From Perna viridis (taxonomy: Eukaryota): 64,000 nt of DNA. Below are positions 1 to 13,400 of this stretch, piece after piece. Position 1 is the stretch's first letter; each line of letters begins with the position of its first letter. A program made the translations under genes and the position numbers. The stretch covers positions 38,440,001 through 38,504,000 of the forward strand of contig CM074517.1 in NCBI GenBank assembly GCA_037379345.1, given 5' to 3'. The notes beneath the pieces are model-generated. The model worked only from the letters and a program-made list of their open reading frames with translations, ran no database searches and had not been told where the DNA came from.

Positions 1-1610
1 TTTTGAGGACAAAATCTGCTTGTATGACCCTTTTCATTGCATTTATAACAAGTAATTTCAGTGTATCGTGCCCTTTTTTCCTCACGACTTTCTGTATTAC
101 CTCTGTTAGCACCATTTTGTTGCAATGTAGCAGCTAATTTACTTATTTCACCCGTTAAATTGCTTATCTGATTCTTTACCTCTTTGAATTTGTCTTCTGT
201 GACAAATTGCTTACTGTTACCAACCTTTCTAATTTCATCAGAGTCATCTTCCTCTATTTGCCTTATACTCAATTGGCGTTCGTTTCCATTTCTACAACAC
301 TCATGCCAGGTTATGAGTTGCAAGGTTTCATCAATCGTCTTTGGTTGTTTTGTTCTTACCTCATATGATAGGTTCTGATCTATCAACCCTCTTAAAATGT
401 GCTCAATAGTAAGTGTGGTCACTAAATGAGGTGGACTTAGTTCTGGATATGCCTTATTCACCATCTCCTCTACTCTGGTTGCATACTCAATCATGGTTTC
501 TTTACTGTTCTTTTTTACCCGATTTAACTGTTCCCGATAGTGCTCAGGTAACAGAAAATCACCATATCTCTGGTCCAGTGCAGTATAAAGGTTTCTGATA
601 TTACCTTTTACAGGTACAGGCAATTTGGTCACAAATATCAAAGCTTCATCTTTTAAGCTACACATAAGATGTTCTAATTGCTTGTCATTGTCCCAATTGA
701 ACTTTTTTATTCCAATCTCAAAGATAGCCCAATAACTCTGAAAATCACTTTTACCATTAAAATTTGGCAGTCTGAACTTGGGTTCCTCTGAATGACTAAC
801 ACTACCTGAATCCCATGAGGATGAAGGTTTAGTTCCTATGGTTTCGTAACTGCTAATACAGCTACTATGGTTACCCATACCTGTCTGAATGTAACCCCTA
901 GTATCATAAAACTCATTTCCGTGACCATAATCTACCCTCTGTGCACCAGCGTTTCTCTGTAATGCTGAGTTACTATTCTCAGTGGCACTCCAATTACCTG
1001 CCCTTGACACATTTCTCAACTCTAATGTCAGACGTATCTCTGAATCTTTGTTTTTCATCTCGTATTCTAGTTTGACATTTTCATTCTTTACCTGGTCAAG
1101 ATCTTTTTTCATGTCGTACTGCAACCTGATTTTCTCAGTTTTTACCTTCTCAATGTCTTGTTTCAAATGACAATTTTGCACATTTGCATCATTCAAGAGC
1201 TTTTCATAATTTGACACGTCTTTTGTAACCTTCAACAAACTCTGCATAGTGTCAAAAAGTTCTCTTTTTGTCTCTGCTACATCGTGCTCAGCATGTTCTA
1301 GACTATCTTCTGTCTGAGCTAGTTGATTACTTACATCTGATAACTGCTGTTTGAGCTTCATATTCTCTTGTCTAACATCACTAGACTCTGTATTTACCCC
1401 AGAACTGGTTATATTTAATGCACCTTCACTTAAACATCTCTCATGAAGTGATCCACTACTGTGACTACTTACCAACTGTGATATCTCAGCTTGGGAAATA
1501 TTGTCAAAGTTTGCCATCTCATATACTATATTTTCCCCCTTTTTTGAAAACTGAGATCTAGTAACAACACCAGCACGAGAACTAGAATGAGCCACAGGAC
1601 TATCCGCCAT
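1..1610 (-). CDS. gag: Gypsy/Ty3-type LTR retrotransposon Gag, open to the window edge
   Basis: Manual minus-strand translation from ATG 1610 (MADSPVAHSSSRAG...) showed no stop to position 1 (536 codons). It has a coiled-coil N-half, capsid-like FRLPNFNGKSDFQSYWAIFE and a CCHC knuckle CYKCNEKGHTSRFC. Absent from the ORF track because the stop lies outside the window. Confidence 0.9.
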   Translation of the reverse strand, partial: MADSPVAHSSSRAGVVTRSQFSKKGENIVYEMANFDNISQAEISQLVSSHSSGSLHERCLSEGALNITSSGVNTESSDVRQENMKLKQQLSDVSNQLAQTEDSLEHAEHDVAETKRELFDTMQSLLKVTKDVSNYEKLLNDANVQNCHLKQDIEKVKTEKIRLQYDMKKDLDQVKNENVKLEYEMKNKDSEIRLTLELRNVSRAGNWSATENSNSALQRNAGAQRVDYGHGNEFYDTRGYIQTGMGNHSSCISSYETIGTKPSSSWDSGSVSHSEEPKFRLPNFNGKSDFQSYWAIFEIGIKKFNWDNDKQLEHLMCSLKDEALIFVTKLPVPVKGNIRNLYTALDQRYGDFLLPEHYREQLNRVKKNSKETMIEYATRVEEMVNKAYPELSPPHLVTTLTIEHILRGLIDQNLSYEVRTKQPKTIDETLQLITWHECCRNGNERQLSIRQIEEDDSDEIRKVGNSKQFVTEDKFKEVKNQISNLTGEISKLAATLQQNGANRGNTESREEKRARYTEITCYKCNEKGHTSRFCPQ

Positions 1611-1884
1611 AGTTATTGAACTATTTTACTGTTCAATTTCTACAACTAATTCTCTTTAAAAAAAACTATGGTAGAATTCTCTACCCAAACGTATTCAAAA
1701 CTATTCAGTTTCCGAATACAAAAAAGTCAAATTTACTCTCAACTAAACGAATTCACGTTCCAGTTAAGAGGTATTGCATCAAACAATTCAGTCCTTCAGC
1801 AATGAAAAACCATGCAGCAACTACTATTTTACAAAAATCGTCAGTCAAATATAGCTACACAAACTGATGAGAACTGGGTACGTA

Positions 1885-1898
1885 CACCGCTGCCACCA
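1885..1898 (-). promoter_or_regulatory. Primer-binding site, tRNA-Leu type
   Basis: Minus strand TGGTGGCAGCGGTG, 4 nt after the LTR-terminal ...TTTTACA. Complementary to the tRNA-Leu(AAG/TAG) 3' end CACCGCTGCCACCA. Confidence 0.8.
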
Positions 1899-1902
1899 AT
1901 AT

Positions 1903-2568
1903 TGTAAAACTAGGAAACCGAGCGGAAGTCTACGAAATTATCAGAAACTGATGAGCGTAGAAGCTGCATGTAACACGTATAAAAATGAATAGTTTATTAT
2001 GCAGGAATATAATTTTGACAATCCAAAAACAATATACAAATTCCGTTACCAAGTCAAAGAACCTGCATAATGTCAGTAATTTAGACAAAAATATAAATAT
2101 AACACTAAATAATTATCAGTGATAATAATAAAATATCAAATCTAGGCCGGGGTGGGGCTAACAAAAACAACACCTTCAAGGAAAAGCGTTACGGAATTCA
2201 CCGTCTAAAAACACTTGAAATATAGGAAGATGTGTATAAAAAGAGCTATAAAGCTTACCGTTGACTATATAAATATCCACAAGTCCAAATGTGACAAATA
2301 AACAGGTCAAGGGAACGACACAGCCGATCCCTGGAACAGTCGAATTTCGAATTCCCAACTTTGTTTTCAGTAGAAACACCAACGTCAGATTGTTGACGAC
2401 AACGCATGAAATTTCCCGCAATACACTAATTTCGCAGAATAAAAGACGTTCACAACCCTGACGCAACTGACAAATATGCAGAACGAATAAAACATAACTA
2501 TACAACAATATTCTATAACAAGACTAATTTACTCAAAACACGGAATTTAAACCCGCATCTAGGTTACA
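1903..2568 (-). mobile_element. 5' LTR of the Gypsy element (outer boundary uncertain)
   Basis: TGTAA at 1903 and TTACA ending 2568 give TG...CA termini next to the PBS. The last 8 nt are shared with the adjacent MITE terminus. Confidence 0.65.
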
Positions 2569-3029
2569 GACCACCAATTCAACCAATGAGCATTTGGAAC
2601 GTACGCAAAAATAGTCCTACGCAGAAATTACTCCTGTTCCTCATAGTGCTGTGAAAGAAGTTCTCATCTCATTTGAAAAATTTAAACAGTTTCTGAAAGG
2701 AAAAACATTTCTGTACATTTTATAGGTGCATTTTGCTTCTTGTGATGTGAAGCCTAATCTCCATAATGATTTCTAAATATACCCCTATCTTGTGAAAACA
2801 CTGGGATTTCCCATGCTATTTATAGACACTTCACTTCCGGTGACCAGTACTGCACTGCAAGTCTGCTAACCCCACATGCCATTCTGAGGATTGTGAGCTG
2901 ACATATGTAGAATCATGCTGATATATAGTCCTCTGCGGGTTAAAGTTAAGGTGAAGTCCAGAGAAGCCATTGAATATTGTGAAATTAGCATAGAAGCCTA
3001 TGGGAAGTGGAATTAGTGGTTTTTAGCCT
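2561..3029. mobile_element. MITE family A, copy 1 (~470 bp)
   Basis: Near-identical inverted copy at 35110-35577. Imperfect 19-bp TIR AGGTTACAGACCACCAATT vs AGGCTAAAAACCACTAATT. Confidence 0.85.
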
Positions 3030-3059
3030 CTAACCAGACCTGGTATAAAATTAATGTAC

Positions 3060-3153
3060 GCCAAAAGAACGATAACTCTTCTTTGGCGGAAAATGTAGAC
3101 GTCAAAACAGCGACAGACTTCTGTTAAAATGGTAATAATTAATAACTTAAATG
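3060..3153 (+). promoter_or_regulatory. Candidate promoter / non-coding first exon of the GT43 gene
   Basis: E2F-like TTTGGCGGAAAA 3082-3093, GACGTCA and donor GTAAG at 3154. The first coding exon has an acceptor 1 nt before its ATG, so an upstream exon is implied. Confidence 0.35.
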
Positions 3154-3258
3154 GTAAGACAATGCTAAACCATTATCCCTAAGTATATTTTTGTCTTCCC
3201 AAAATACTTTAGGATAATTAATATATGTGAAAACGTATTTCACAACACATGAGTTTAA

Positions 3259-3446
3259 TGCACCTGGTCCATGCTCCTAGTTTTTAGAATTTAGTCCGAG
3301 TTGCTCATTTGCTGTTGTTACTTTGTATGTATGATTTTAATTGCTTTATGTTCTCTGTTGTGTATGTCTGTTTTCCATGTCTGGTCTTTGTCCCTGGATT
3401 ACATTCTTTTGATTACTGTATAACCTTGGTTCCCTTGGTTACACTT
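3259..3446 (+). mobile_element. Solo 3' tail of Penelope-like element
   Basis: GCACCTGGTCCATGC...CCGAGTTGCTCATTTGC...CTTGGTTCCCTTG matches the 3' UTRs at ~36445-36625 and 58615-58805. Confidence 0.75.
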
Positions 3447-3566
3447 TAAACATATGAAATAGAGTTCATTTATGTTTTATCATTTACCGAAGTTACTGTG
3501 TATAAATCTCAACAGACTTTCTATTTCAGAGTTACTGAGTGCCTCGAACTTTTTTTCTGTTTCAGG

Positions 3567-6500
3567 ATGATGCATTTAAAGATCAAGTCTGTTTTAAACA
3601 GTTTTAAAGTACTTGGAATCGTTATATCTCTTCCTTTCTTACTGTGGTATCTATCTGTGCAGAATATCGTACCTGGTAAGTTCCTCTGGCTTAAGACAGC
3701 GTCAGATGTTCATAGTATCTACTTTCACATCCATGGCCATAGCAATGATTCATTACAAGAATGTTAATCGGCTATAGTAGAGGGATGGAAATGGGGTACT
3801 TCACTCCCGCTTCCCTTACCTTAGACCACCGCCTGACAACCGCTTCCCGTCCCCTTTCATTTTACCCCGCGTGGTTCTAAACCATATTCCCTTCTTCCGG
3901 TATTTTTTACTCCACGTTCCACGCCCTTTCAAACGGCTTTCTCCGTCCCCTTCCCCACCATTACTCACCCTTTACCCTCGTATCCCCACCCCTTTTCCAC
4001 CCTCCAATTACATGATATCGATCGTAATTTTGGTTTTCAATCAATAAATGATGTTTGATGTTTTTTTTGCGTTTGTGAAAATGATAAATTTGCATTAAAA
4101 AGTAATGTTATTTTTATTGCCACAATAGGAAGACAATATATTAGTCAGGAAAATGTGAGACAGTATTGGTATGCAGCGAATAGGAAACTTACGGGAGCTT
4201 TACTTCCTGTTGAAACCCAACTTCCGATTATTTTTGTAATCACACCAACGTATTACAGACTAACTCAAATAGCCGAACTAACTCGTCTTTCAAATACTCT
4301 AAGTATTGTTAAGAACCTTCACTGGATTGTGGTGGAGGATTTTAAATCAACCAACCAGCGTGTTCAAGAACTTCTGGAATCTTCCGGGATGTCGTTCACG
4401 TATCTCTCAAAACAGAGATCTAAAAATACAACTAAACGTTTAAAAGGAGCAGAACAGAGAAATACAGCTCTTCAGTGGATAATGGAACACCATAGATATA
4501 GTTCTAGTGCTGTTGTTTATTTTGCCGACGACGACAACGCTTACAACACAAAAATCTTTCAGGAGGTAAGCCCTAAAATACTACACCCAACCATAATCTC
4601 TCTGGTCGATAAAAAAAGCACTCTATTTATGGCCTTTCCATGAAAAATTATATGAAACGAAAAATACTTTTAAATTTAATGCTTGCAAAAGTAACATTTT
4701 TAAAAATCAGCAAATTTATTTCTAAACAAAGTAGCCCCGTGCAGGTCCGGGTGTTAAAAGAATAGGCCTGCAGCAGAGCTAAGCTTGTCGTAAAAGGCGA
4801 CTAAATAGTGCTCAGAACCCTAGACGGGGGCTAGGGCGCTTTGCCCACAGAGCAACTGGGATGTGTGCCCCAGGTGGTGGAATGGGGTACCCCTGGTGTG
4901 TTACATGCTGGGGTTGTCAGGCTATAATACGGAAAACCTGACCGCAAACCATAGTGGTGCACCGTGTTGGGAAAGATGCCACGTTCCTCGCACGTTAAAG
5001 AACTTTACTGTGGCATTCTTCCGGAGTAGGAACCATAGGGCTCCACCAGAGGAGGCTAAATTGCCCGACCCTACCCACCTCTCCCTATTTCCAGTGGCAA
5101 TCAATATTTGTTGACCCATTGTCCATGTGTCCTATCCCTTTTTCATTTCATCATTTCATGTTCATTTTATCACCCATATCATGTTCATCGTCTGAATATA
5201 GCTGAAATATTGCTGCTCGGACGTTAAACCCCAACAAACAAACAAACAAACTAAACAATTTACAGTGATCCTTAAATCGTATGAGACAGTACCGGCTTCT
5301 TAGTTTGTCATTACATGTATAAAAATGACTTTGATATTAGAAAACAAATTGTAGAAACCTTTTTAACAACCTCTTTTTGAAATAAAAAAAAAATTGTCAA
5401 ACGTTATTAAAGTGTTAAAAACTTTTTTTAGATGAGGAACACAAAAAAGCTCTCTATGTGGCCGGTTGGGTTTTCTGGTGGTAGAACATTTGAAGCGCCC
5501 ATCCTAAAGGATGGGAGAGTAAGTATAATACAGATTATCATACCTTTATATGCGGTGGTTTTACCTTTATATGCGGTGGCTTTATCTTTATATGCGGTGG
5601 ATTTATCTTTATATGCAGTGGATTTACCTTTATATGCGGTGGCTTCATCTTTATATGCGGTGGTTTCATCTTTACATGTATATGCGGTAGTTTTATTTAT
5701 ATATGCGGTGTATTTTCTACATCAGCACTCTTCTTTATATGCTGTAAAAAGGCTTAAATGTTCGGAACTTTTAAACTTGGTCAATTTTGTGCAGCACATT
5801 GTGAAAAAAATCGAGGAAATTTTGCATTAACTAGGCTTCGAGAATCTTGTAGAATTATTTTAAAGGAAAAAATAACAAAATAACACCCGACATTATTGGA
5901 CATCTATCTATTTCTCAAATAGAACAGTAAGGTGTAAAGGATAGATCGCAAATGATGAAATTACGTCTGAAATACTTGCCATATGGAAGTCAAAACCAAG
6001 TAGGTGAAGAGGTGAAAATTTCGAGATTCCTAAAGAATTACTTGAAATTAATTAATTTGCTAAATTTGCTATAGTTCATTTCATTCTATTGTTTTGACTT
6101 GGTGTTAAAATATGCAAATAACTTAATAAATATGTTTAAACTAACGTCATCAAAGTGAAATTTTCACCTTTTTTACTTGGTTTCGACTTCCATAAGGCAA
6201 ATATTTCAGACGTATTTTCATCATTTCCGATCAATCCTTTACACCTAACTATTCTATTTGAGAAATAGATAGATGTCCAATAATGTCAGGTTTTATTTTT
6301 TCCTTTAAAATGATTCTATAAGGTTCTCGAAGCCTAATTATTGCAAAATTTCCTCGATTTTTTTTTTACAATGTGCTGTACAAAATTGATCACGTTTAAA
6401 AGTTCCGATCATTTAAGCCTTGCATTAAGATAATCAAAGCTTTTTTACAGCATACATGTATAATGAAGTTTGAACAGCATATAAAGTCGTATAAACAGCA

Positions 6501-9500
6501 TATAAAGAAGGGTGCTGATATAGAAAAATACACCACATATATAAATAAAACCACCGCATATGAAGATGAAGCCACCGCATATAAAGGTAAATCCATTGCA
6601 TATAAAGATAAATCCACTTCATATAAAGATAAATCCACCGCATATAATGGTAAACCCACCGAATATAAAGGTAAAACCATCGCATATTAAGATACAACCA
6701 CTACATATAAAGATAATACAACCGCATATAAATAAAGTATCGAATATAAAGAAAACAGCACCGCATATAAATATTATTGACCAGTAAGACAGTTACGGCG
6801 TTCCATTGGGAAAGATGAGATCCAGCATTGTGGTGGGGGAAAGTATGAGTCAATTACTGATTTCAAGATGCAGAAAAATACCAATCTAATTAGCATATGT
6901 GTTTTGTGTCTATTTTATTAACTTCTAAGCTATTTTAGAATAAATATATTTTTAATGTCGTTATAAAAATGTCGAAAGTACGTAGTCAGTTATTATAGTA
7001 CTGTTCTCAATATTAACAGTTTTCCAAACTGAACTTTCCTTTTACCAGATTTTAGAAAAGAGATCCGATACTGGTTTCAGCATAACTACGTTCATTTCGA
7101 CAAAGTATTTGTAACTTTTGGAGGGACAATTTTCAGCTAAGTATCGGCATTCCAATAGGAATTAACTATGCCCCTCTCCTAGCTGATCTGTTTCTTTAAT
7201 CTTATGAATCAGAATCTTGTGAAAAATAAAAGATTAAATGGTCTAGATCCGTGTATGTATCCACCTGAACTAGAACTTAAAAAAGACAACTGACACAGTT
7301 CCTTTGTGCCATTTTAGAGCTTCATCTCGAGATCGAATTTGACGACAGTAGTCATATTAATACAAAAATATATGACAAACGAGACGATTTTGATTGAAAA
7401 AATTACAAGTGTCCCTTTCTTGTACAGTAATATGCCAGCTTCCCCTGCATATGGTAATTATATTTCTCAGTTGTTAAGGTATGCCAGGGCTAGTAGCGTC
7501 TATTCTGACTTTTTAAATACACATGAACGTCTCATACGCTGCCTAAAAATGTTTTATTTCTGATATCCACATCTTATTGAAAACTGTTCTGTTTTTGACG
7601 AACATATCGTATTTATATTGGATTTTCATGTGCCTAAAAATTAATTTTTTGTAGATTTTACTATTATTTGATCTTGAACTTGACGCACCATCCACACAAA
7701 GACTTTTTGAAACTTTACATACTTTTTATTGTTATTTTCATTGTTCTTTTTATTTTATTTTATTATTGTTCATATCTTCACTACCGTTTTGTCTACTGAT
7801 TTTACCTATTTTGATCGGTGGCAATTTTATACTGCTCATTTGTGTTGAAATATACCGGAAAATTAACCGGAATCTGGAAGCGGAAGTTCAGCAAGCTATG
7901 GTGACGGGGTCGCTTTTAGTAATTTGTTAAGGTTTATTCAATTATTATTTAAGGCCAAAATTTTGCTACCTTACCTTTTTTAACACTTTATGGTCCTTTT
8001 AGCTCAAGCACCGTTAAAATATAGATTGTTTCCCCATTTACTCAATGAAAATATTTTTAAAGAAATAAAATGATTTCCCTACCTACTTACTCTGTGTTTT
8101 CACAGGAAACAAGACTATTTTATTGTTTTGTCCTTATCAGTTGATATTGAACTTGATTTTACTATTTTTTATTCAGGTGATTAAGTTTGATGCATGGAAA
8201 GCGACATCTAGAAAATTTGCCATCGACATGGCGGGTTTCGCCATCAATGCCAAAGTGTTGTGGGATTATCACCCGATGAGATTTGACCTTTCTGGAGAAG
8301 TAGGTTGGCAAGAGACAGCATTCTTGGAAAAATGTTGTACACTGGAAGAAATAGAACCTTTGGCGGATAATTGTACTAAGGTATGATTCAGTAGTTTGGT
8401 ACAGTACTTTGAAAGGACGAGGCAAATTGGAAAAATCTTAAACATGCATGTAAAAACCTTCCAATCTCACAATACTCTAGGAAGTCTGACTTGCAATTTG
8501 AAATGAACATTGTCTGATCTCCGTATCTCTGAATATGTTAAGAATTTTTTTTCTTTAGAATGCAAAAAAGTTTTCGGCAGAGTTTTCTACCCTTAAGAAT
8601 TTCATTCCAGGGAGGGACTATAAGATCATTTTTTTTTTTCATTTTTAATTGTTTCTGTCACGATCCTTACCGCTTTGTCCAGGATTTTTTCTTCTTTCTG
8701 TCACGATCCTTTAGCTCCTTATCCAAGATTTTTCCCCTGCTTCTGTCACGATCCTTAGCTCCTTGTCCAGGATTTTTTTTCATGTTATTGAATTTGGATC
8801 TGCACCGTTATTTCTATTACTTGTGATCTGAAATCTTATGAGGATTAGCATATTTTTTTTCGACGTGCATGTACAAGTTATATTAATAAAAAAAACCAAA
8901 AAAAAAAAAACCATAACATGAAAACAACAGTGTGATATAAATGAACTTCATGGGCAAGATTTTAAAGATTTAATGGTGTAAACTACTTTTTTGAAGCTTT
9001 TGAAATTTGTCTTTTTTTAATTATTCATGATAGATTTTTGCAACAAATAGCTACATCATTTAATATTCATAAAGCCTAAAAGGTTAGGAACAGACTTCTT
9101 CCGCGGTGAGCAATTCATTAACCCGGAGCAATTGAAAAACGGGTTGCTAAGGCAATAAAAGGTCCAATAGTAATCCTGTGTCGCATAGTCCTGGGTTCAA
9201 CCAGACCCTGAAAGATAACATTTTGTATCCGACTGGACTCATATTAATATGACACCGGGCTTAAAGTTGGAAAATAGAATTCCAGGTTATTAATATCCAG
9301 ATTGAAGAACCTTGACTGCTTAGTAGTATTGTGTCTACAGATTGGAATTTCCTCTCGATAAGTAGCATATTATTGTCTGTTTAAAAACCACAATTATGTT
9401 ATATTCTAAAATTGTTACAATAATAAAGGAAAATATTTATATAACCATCAATGGATGGGTGGTTTTTCAGTGCCCCACAATATTAAAGGTAGTGGAATGA

Positions 9501-10431
9501 ATTAGAATATCATTTTACAAGACTTAAGCCAGATTGAGTTACATGACTACTAGCTCAGAAAATTTTTGCCGCGAGGAACCTTGGAAAGATTTTCTTCAAA
9601 TATTTTCATTTACCAATTTCACGGAGTTACAAACTGTGCTTTAAATTAATGATAACTTACATGGTTTGAAAAAGCTTCTTAAAACGGGTTTTATTGCAGC
9701 AAATAAAACAGTTAACTTCAAGGGGGAGGGTTGGTCTTTTTTTAATGAATGATTAGGTAGTTAACTGGAAAATTGAAACATTTTTATATTTATATGAAAC
9801 CTAGATTTAAATATTTATGGAATATTGTCCATTTTACTACTTAAGGGGTAATAGTTATACAGTCAAAAGAAGACCAACCATTTTTCCTGAAAATAACTAT
9901 TTAACTTGCTCTAAATAGACTATCGGTATATGTACCGGTATAATGGTTTCATCTAAAAATTATAGAAGGGGCATTTGTCACTTCTTTTAAAGCTCATATG
10001 TATTGGCAAGATCCTTAACACTATAGTCAGAAATGTTTAATTAGGATACTTTGTGGGACAATAACTCTTTTTATGATTTTCTCATGGAATAGTACAGCTT
10101 ATTGAATATTAAAATAGTGCTGTAAATTTCTTCTTAATTCAAGACTTTCAAGCCAATGTCTATGGGGCCTACTAAGGGCAATTTTGCTAAATAAAATAAA
10201 TATAGCTTTCCTTTCAACCTCCAGACAATGTGTGGGTACGGGCGTGGTCAGGTCTTTAATTTATGTGGTAATTCAGCGTGGATTTATGAGAATACATATG
10301 CGTTATTTATTTGCAAAAAAAAAGTTACGAATATTTCACGATTATATTATATTATTGTATTTCAGGTGTTGATCTGGCACACTAAAACAGCGAAACCGAA
10401 TGTATGGAAATACGGTGACTTAGAGGTCTAA
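3567..10431 (+). CDS. B3GAT: GT43 galactosylgalactosylxylosylprotein 3-beta-glucuronosyltransferase (B3GAT/GlcAT-like), 300 aa
   Basis: Exons 3567-3675, 4129-4565, 5432-5518, 8177-8380, 10366-10431; all GT-AG and in frame (903 nt). N-terminal TM anchor. Motifs ITPTY, AELTRLSNTL, LHWIVVED, EQRN, YFADDDN, WPVG, IDMAGFA, EPLADNCTKVLIWHTKT. Confidence 0.93.
4734..5250 (+). mobile_element. Structured SINE-like retroelement family 1, copy 1 (GT43 intron 2, sense)
   Basis: Full-length homology to 39986-40498 and 45191-45705. Tail GGACGTTAAACCCC(AACA)n. Confidence 0.9.
5535..6806. mobile_element. Foldback element: inverted 21-bp tandem arrays enclosing a long inverted repeat
   Basis: (TTTATCTTTATATGCGGTGG-like)n at ~5535-5745 and its reverse complement at ~6440-6780. 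Inner arms ~5748-6022 and ~6157-6421 are reverse complements with a ~130-bp spacer. Confidence 0.85.
7060..7560 (+). pseudogene. Degenerate Penelope-like RT fragment
   Basis: Broken GIP.G.N.APLLADLF, YPPELE, YDKRDDF and PASPAYGNYISQLLRYARAS motifs, homologous to 35740-36350. Confidence 0.75.
8653..8780. repeat. ~44-bp tandem repeat, 3 copies
   Basis: TTCTGTCACGATCCTT...TCCAGGATTTTT occurs three times. Confidence 0.8.
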
Positions 10432-13400
10432 TTAACTAACATTTGAGATATTGTGGTGAACGTTGCTTTCTTTTTACTGTGAATATTTTTTGTTGAACAA
10501 GAACTTTTACTCGTAAAAACGATGAGACATGCGCATGATGTCTATTTCTGTGGAAACGTACTATATGACATTGTTTTATTCAGATCGTAAAGAATTAAGT
10601 TCCGAAACAATGGTAAACGGAGAAATTTCTGACTACCTCGTGTTACTTCGAATAGGGGACTGCTGTTTCAGATCTCGACTTTGACATTTGCAATTATCAT
10701 AATTTTAATAGTCTAAGGCCACTTTAAATAACAGAGAGAATACGAGAGAATGTCGGTCGTTCAACGCATTCATCAGGCATATTCTTGCTTATAATGAGAC
10801 AAGGATGAACATGTATAGTACCCGGATGTTCATTCTAGATTTAGAAATTTCATCATACCTTTTTGGTCCTAGAATTTTCAAAACAGATCCATGAATAGGT
10901 CATCTCCCAGTGGAATATGCATCTTATATTTGACGTAAATGGAGTTACAAAAACTGTCGTGCTGCCGTGAACGAAAACATTTGGTTTTAGATGTTTTTTT
11001 TCTGATTGAAAAATTGTTTCAGATGAATTTTTTTCAAGGTAAAAATATATTTGATGTGTTTTTTCCATATCATTGTTTTTTATTTATTAAAATATACACA
11101 AGTGATCCAAAATCTTCCTTCCAAAACAATGACTCCTTTTGTCTCCGTGTTATCTCTTATCATTTTCATTGCTTAAAACATATCTCGAGACGTCAATTGC
11201 ATAATTTGTATCTGGGGAGTAATACTGATAAATTACCGATCTCCTCTGCTGACCTATAACCGATTCCAAATTCACAAGCTGTGTATTACTCCGCTAGCTT
11301 ATTTCACAAGGCATTATTATTACTTATTACAAATCCGCTTAGTTATTTCCGTTGTGCTGTACTAGCTCTCATAAAGAGGCGGGTTGAAGTACTGTGAGCG
11401 ACAGAGATGTAAATCTTTGAAATAGCGAATATACCAGGTATAAGATATTGAAAAGTTCACATGAATTTATATAATAACGTCGTAACTTTCGATTTGCTGA
11501 ACTGATCATGTTGGTTGTTATTAAGTGATAACTAAAATGGATGAAAACTGAATGATTGTTAAGACATTACCAGGGTGCCGCCTGAACTATATTTTGTAAA
11601 GCTGAGACCACGATTTTCATGTTATTGTATAATAGTTATGAATATTTAAGTATAGACCCACCTAAGAATTATGCAGACACGATGATTTAATATTTCTTAA
11701 AACTCTCTCTATACGTGTTTGTCCACCATTTTGTAATTTGCGAACCAATAAAAGTTATGACAGGATAGGGGATAGTAACGACGAAAATGACTAGTTCTAT
11801 GATAATTTACTTTTGTATGACTTTCATTTATATTCCAAACTATAAATATACCTTTTGTTGGTAGTTTTATAATAGTTTACAAAATACTTTTTTTATTTGC
11901 ACGATTCTTAGGTGGCGCCAATAATGGTGGGAATATGAGCTATTTTTGTGCAATTTATTTATTTTTGTTATCTTTTTTTTTTTTTGTTAAATAAAAATGA
12001 AAAATTAGCAAGTTTTGTACGAGAAATTCGTTCACAGACGAATCGGTGCAACTGAATACTCTTAGTTTCTTTTGCATTTTAGAAGCTCTTATACGATAAA
12101 TTGTGACTTTGTACTACTTGTACATGTATCTTATGTTGCTCTTGTCTTGGGTTGAAAAGAATGTGTTGTTTGTTTTGAATGTTCTTGTTCAAAGCAAATT
12201 TAGGATCAGTGATTTTACGAGACACTGGTTTTGTGTTGTTGCCTCATGAATTCATTTTCTCGGTTTTACTATGCACATTATTGGCAGCCAATAAGGTTAC
12301 ATGAAGGAAAGTTCATGGACTTAAAACCGAAGAAATGGTGCAACAGACGAAGTAACACATTACAAATGGCAGATACGAAACAAAAAAGTTCACACACACA
12401 CAAAGAATACACACGAAATACCGGGCGTTAACTTACGAATCAGGTGCTTCGATAAGATCAGAAGTCCGCAGAATGGAAGGGGCATCTTGAAACTAAGACG
12501 TCGCGCACAAAGTTGACTTCAACTGTAATTTGCGCTATTTCGTGTAGTTTAATGCTCTCATGATAAAAATAATGTTGGAGAACATTTTTTTTCATGAAAA
12601 AATAGAAATACCAACTATTTTATTCCACAACTCATTATGTTATCGTTATTATTATATATAAAACATGAAAATAACAGACAGAAAGCTGTAAAAAAAAATA
12701 CCGGGAAACTTGTAACAATATGTGACAATAAAAAGAAGTTTTTGCCCATCACTTCTAAAAAACTTGAAGGATTTTCCAAATTTTGAATGATAGAATTTCG
12801 CGGATTCGGACTATGACGTCATACAAAATTCAATGCAAAAAAATAAATGGCCACGGAATATGTGATCGAAACGAAAAGGTGTACGACACGGGTAAAAGTA
12901 GATATTTAGAGGTTCAATATTGGAAAATGGAAGAATCGGTAAGAAAATACATGTTACAGCTATTTTATATTTCAAAATACCTTACATGTTCTAAATGTGC
13001 TTTTCAGCAGTTTTTTTTAAATTTCTGCTAAATATTGTTGATTCAATGATTCAGGCCGAACACCTTTAACTTTCTAAAGTTGTCTTCTTACAATTTTAAG
13101 TAATTACGTTTTTAAGGCAAATTACTCAGTCTGGATAAGTGTCACGAATCAGTCGCTTACTTTTGTCGTTTCAAAGGTCTTAGCATATATCTATTTTTAT
13201 TCCGAGAATGTTCATATATTATACTATTTTGTACTATAAAAAGAAATCAGTTGAACAATCAAGTTAAATATGTGATAAAGTAAATGTCCAAAGTCTTGTT
13301 ATGCGTCTGTTTTCTGGGGAAAAAATCGACGTCATCCATGGAATTTACGTCGCAATTCACAAATTAAATTTTCAACAGGCAAGCAGGAAGTTATCATCAG

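Noticed and set aside
4863-5119. Conserved small ORFs (MCPRWWNGVP...) also at 40155 and 45320
   Set aside because: They lie inside SINE copies and are broken by indels differently in each copy.
6396-6787. Repetitive-peptide ORFs (LYAVDLS, YKDKST), also ISHTLYYTSRP at 44033-44659
   Set aside because: Open frames arise from 21-bp and 33-bp tandem repeats; no gene structure.
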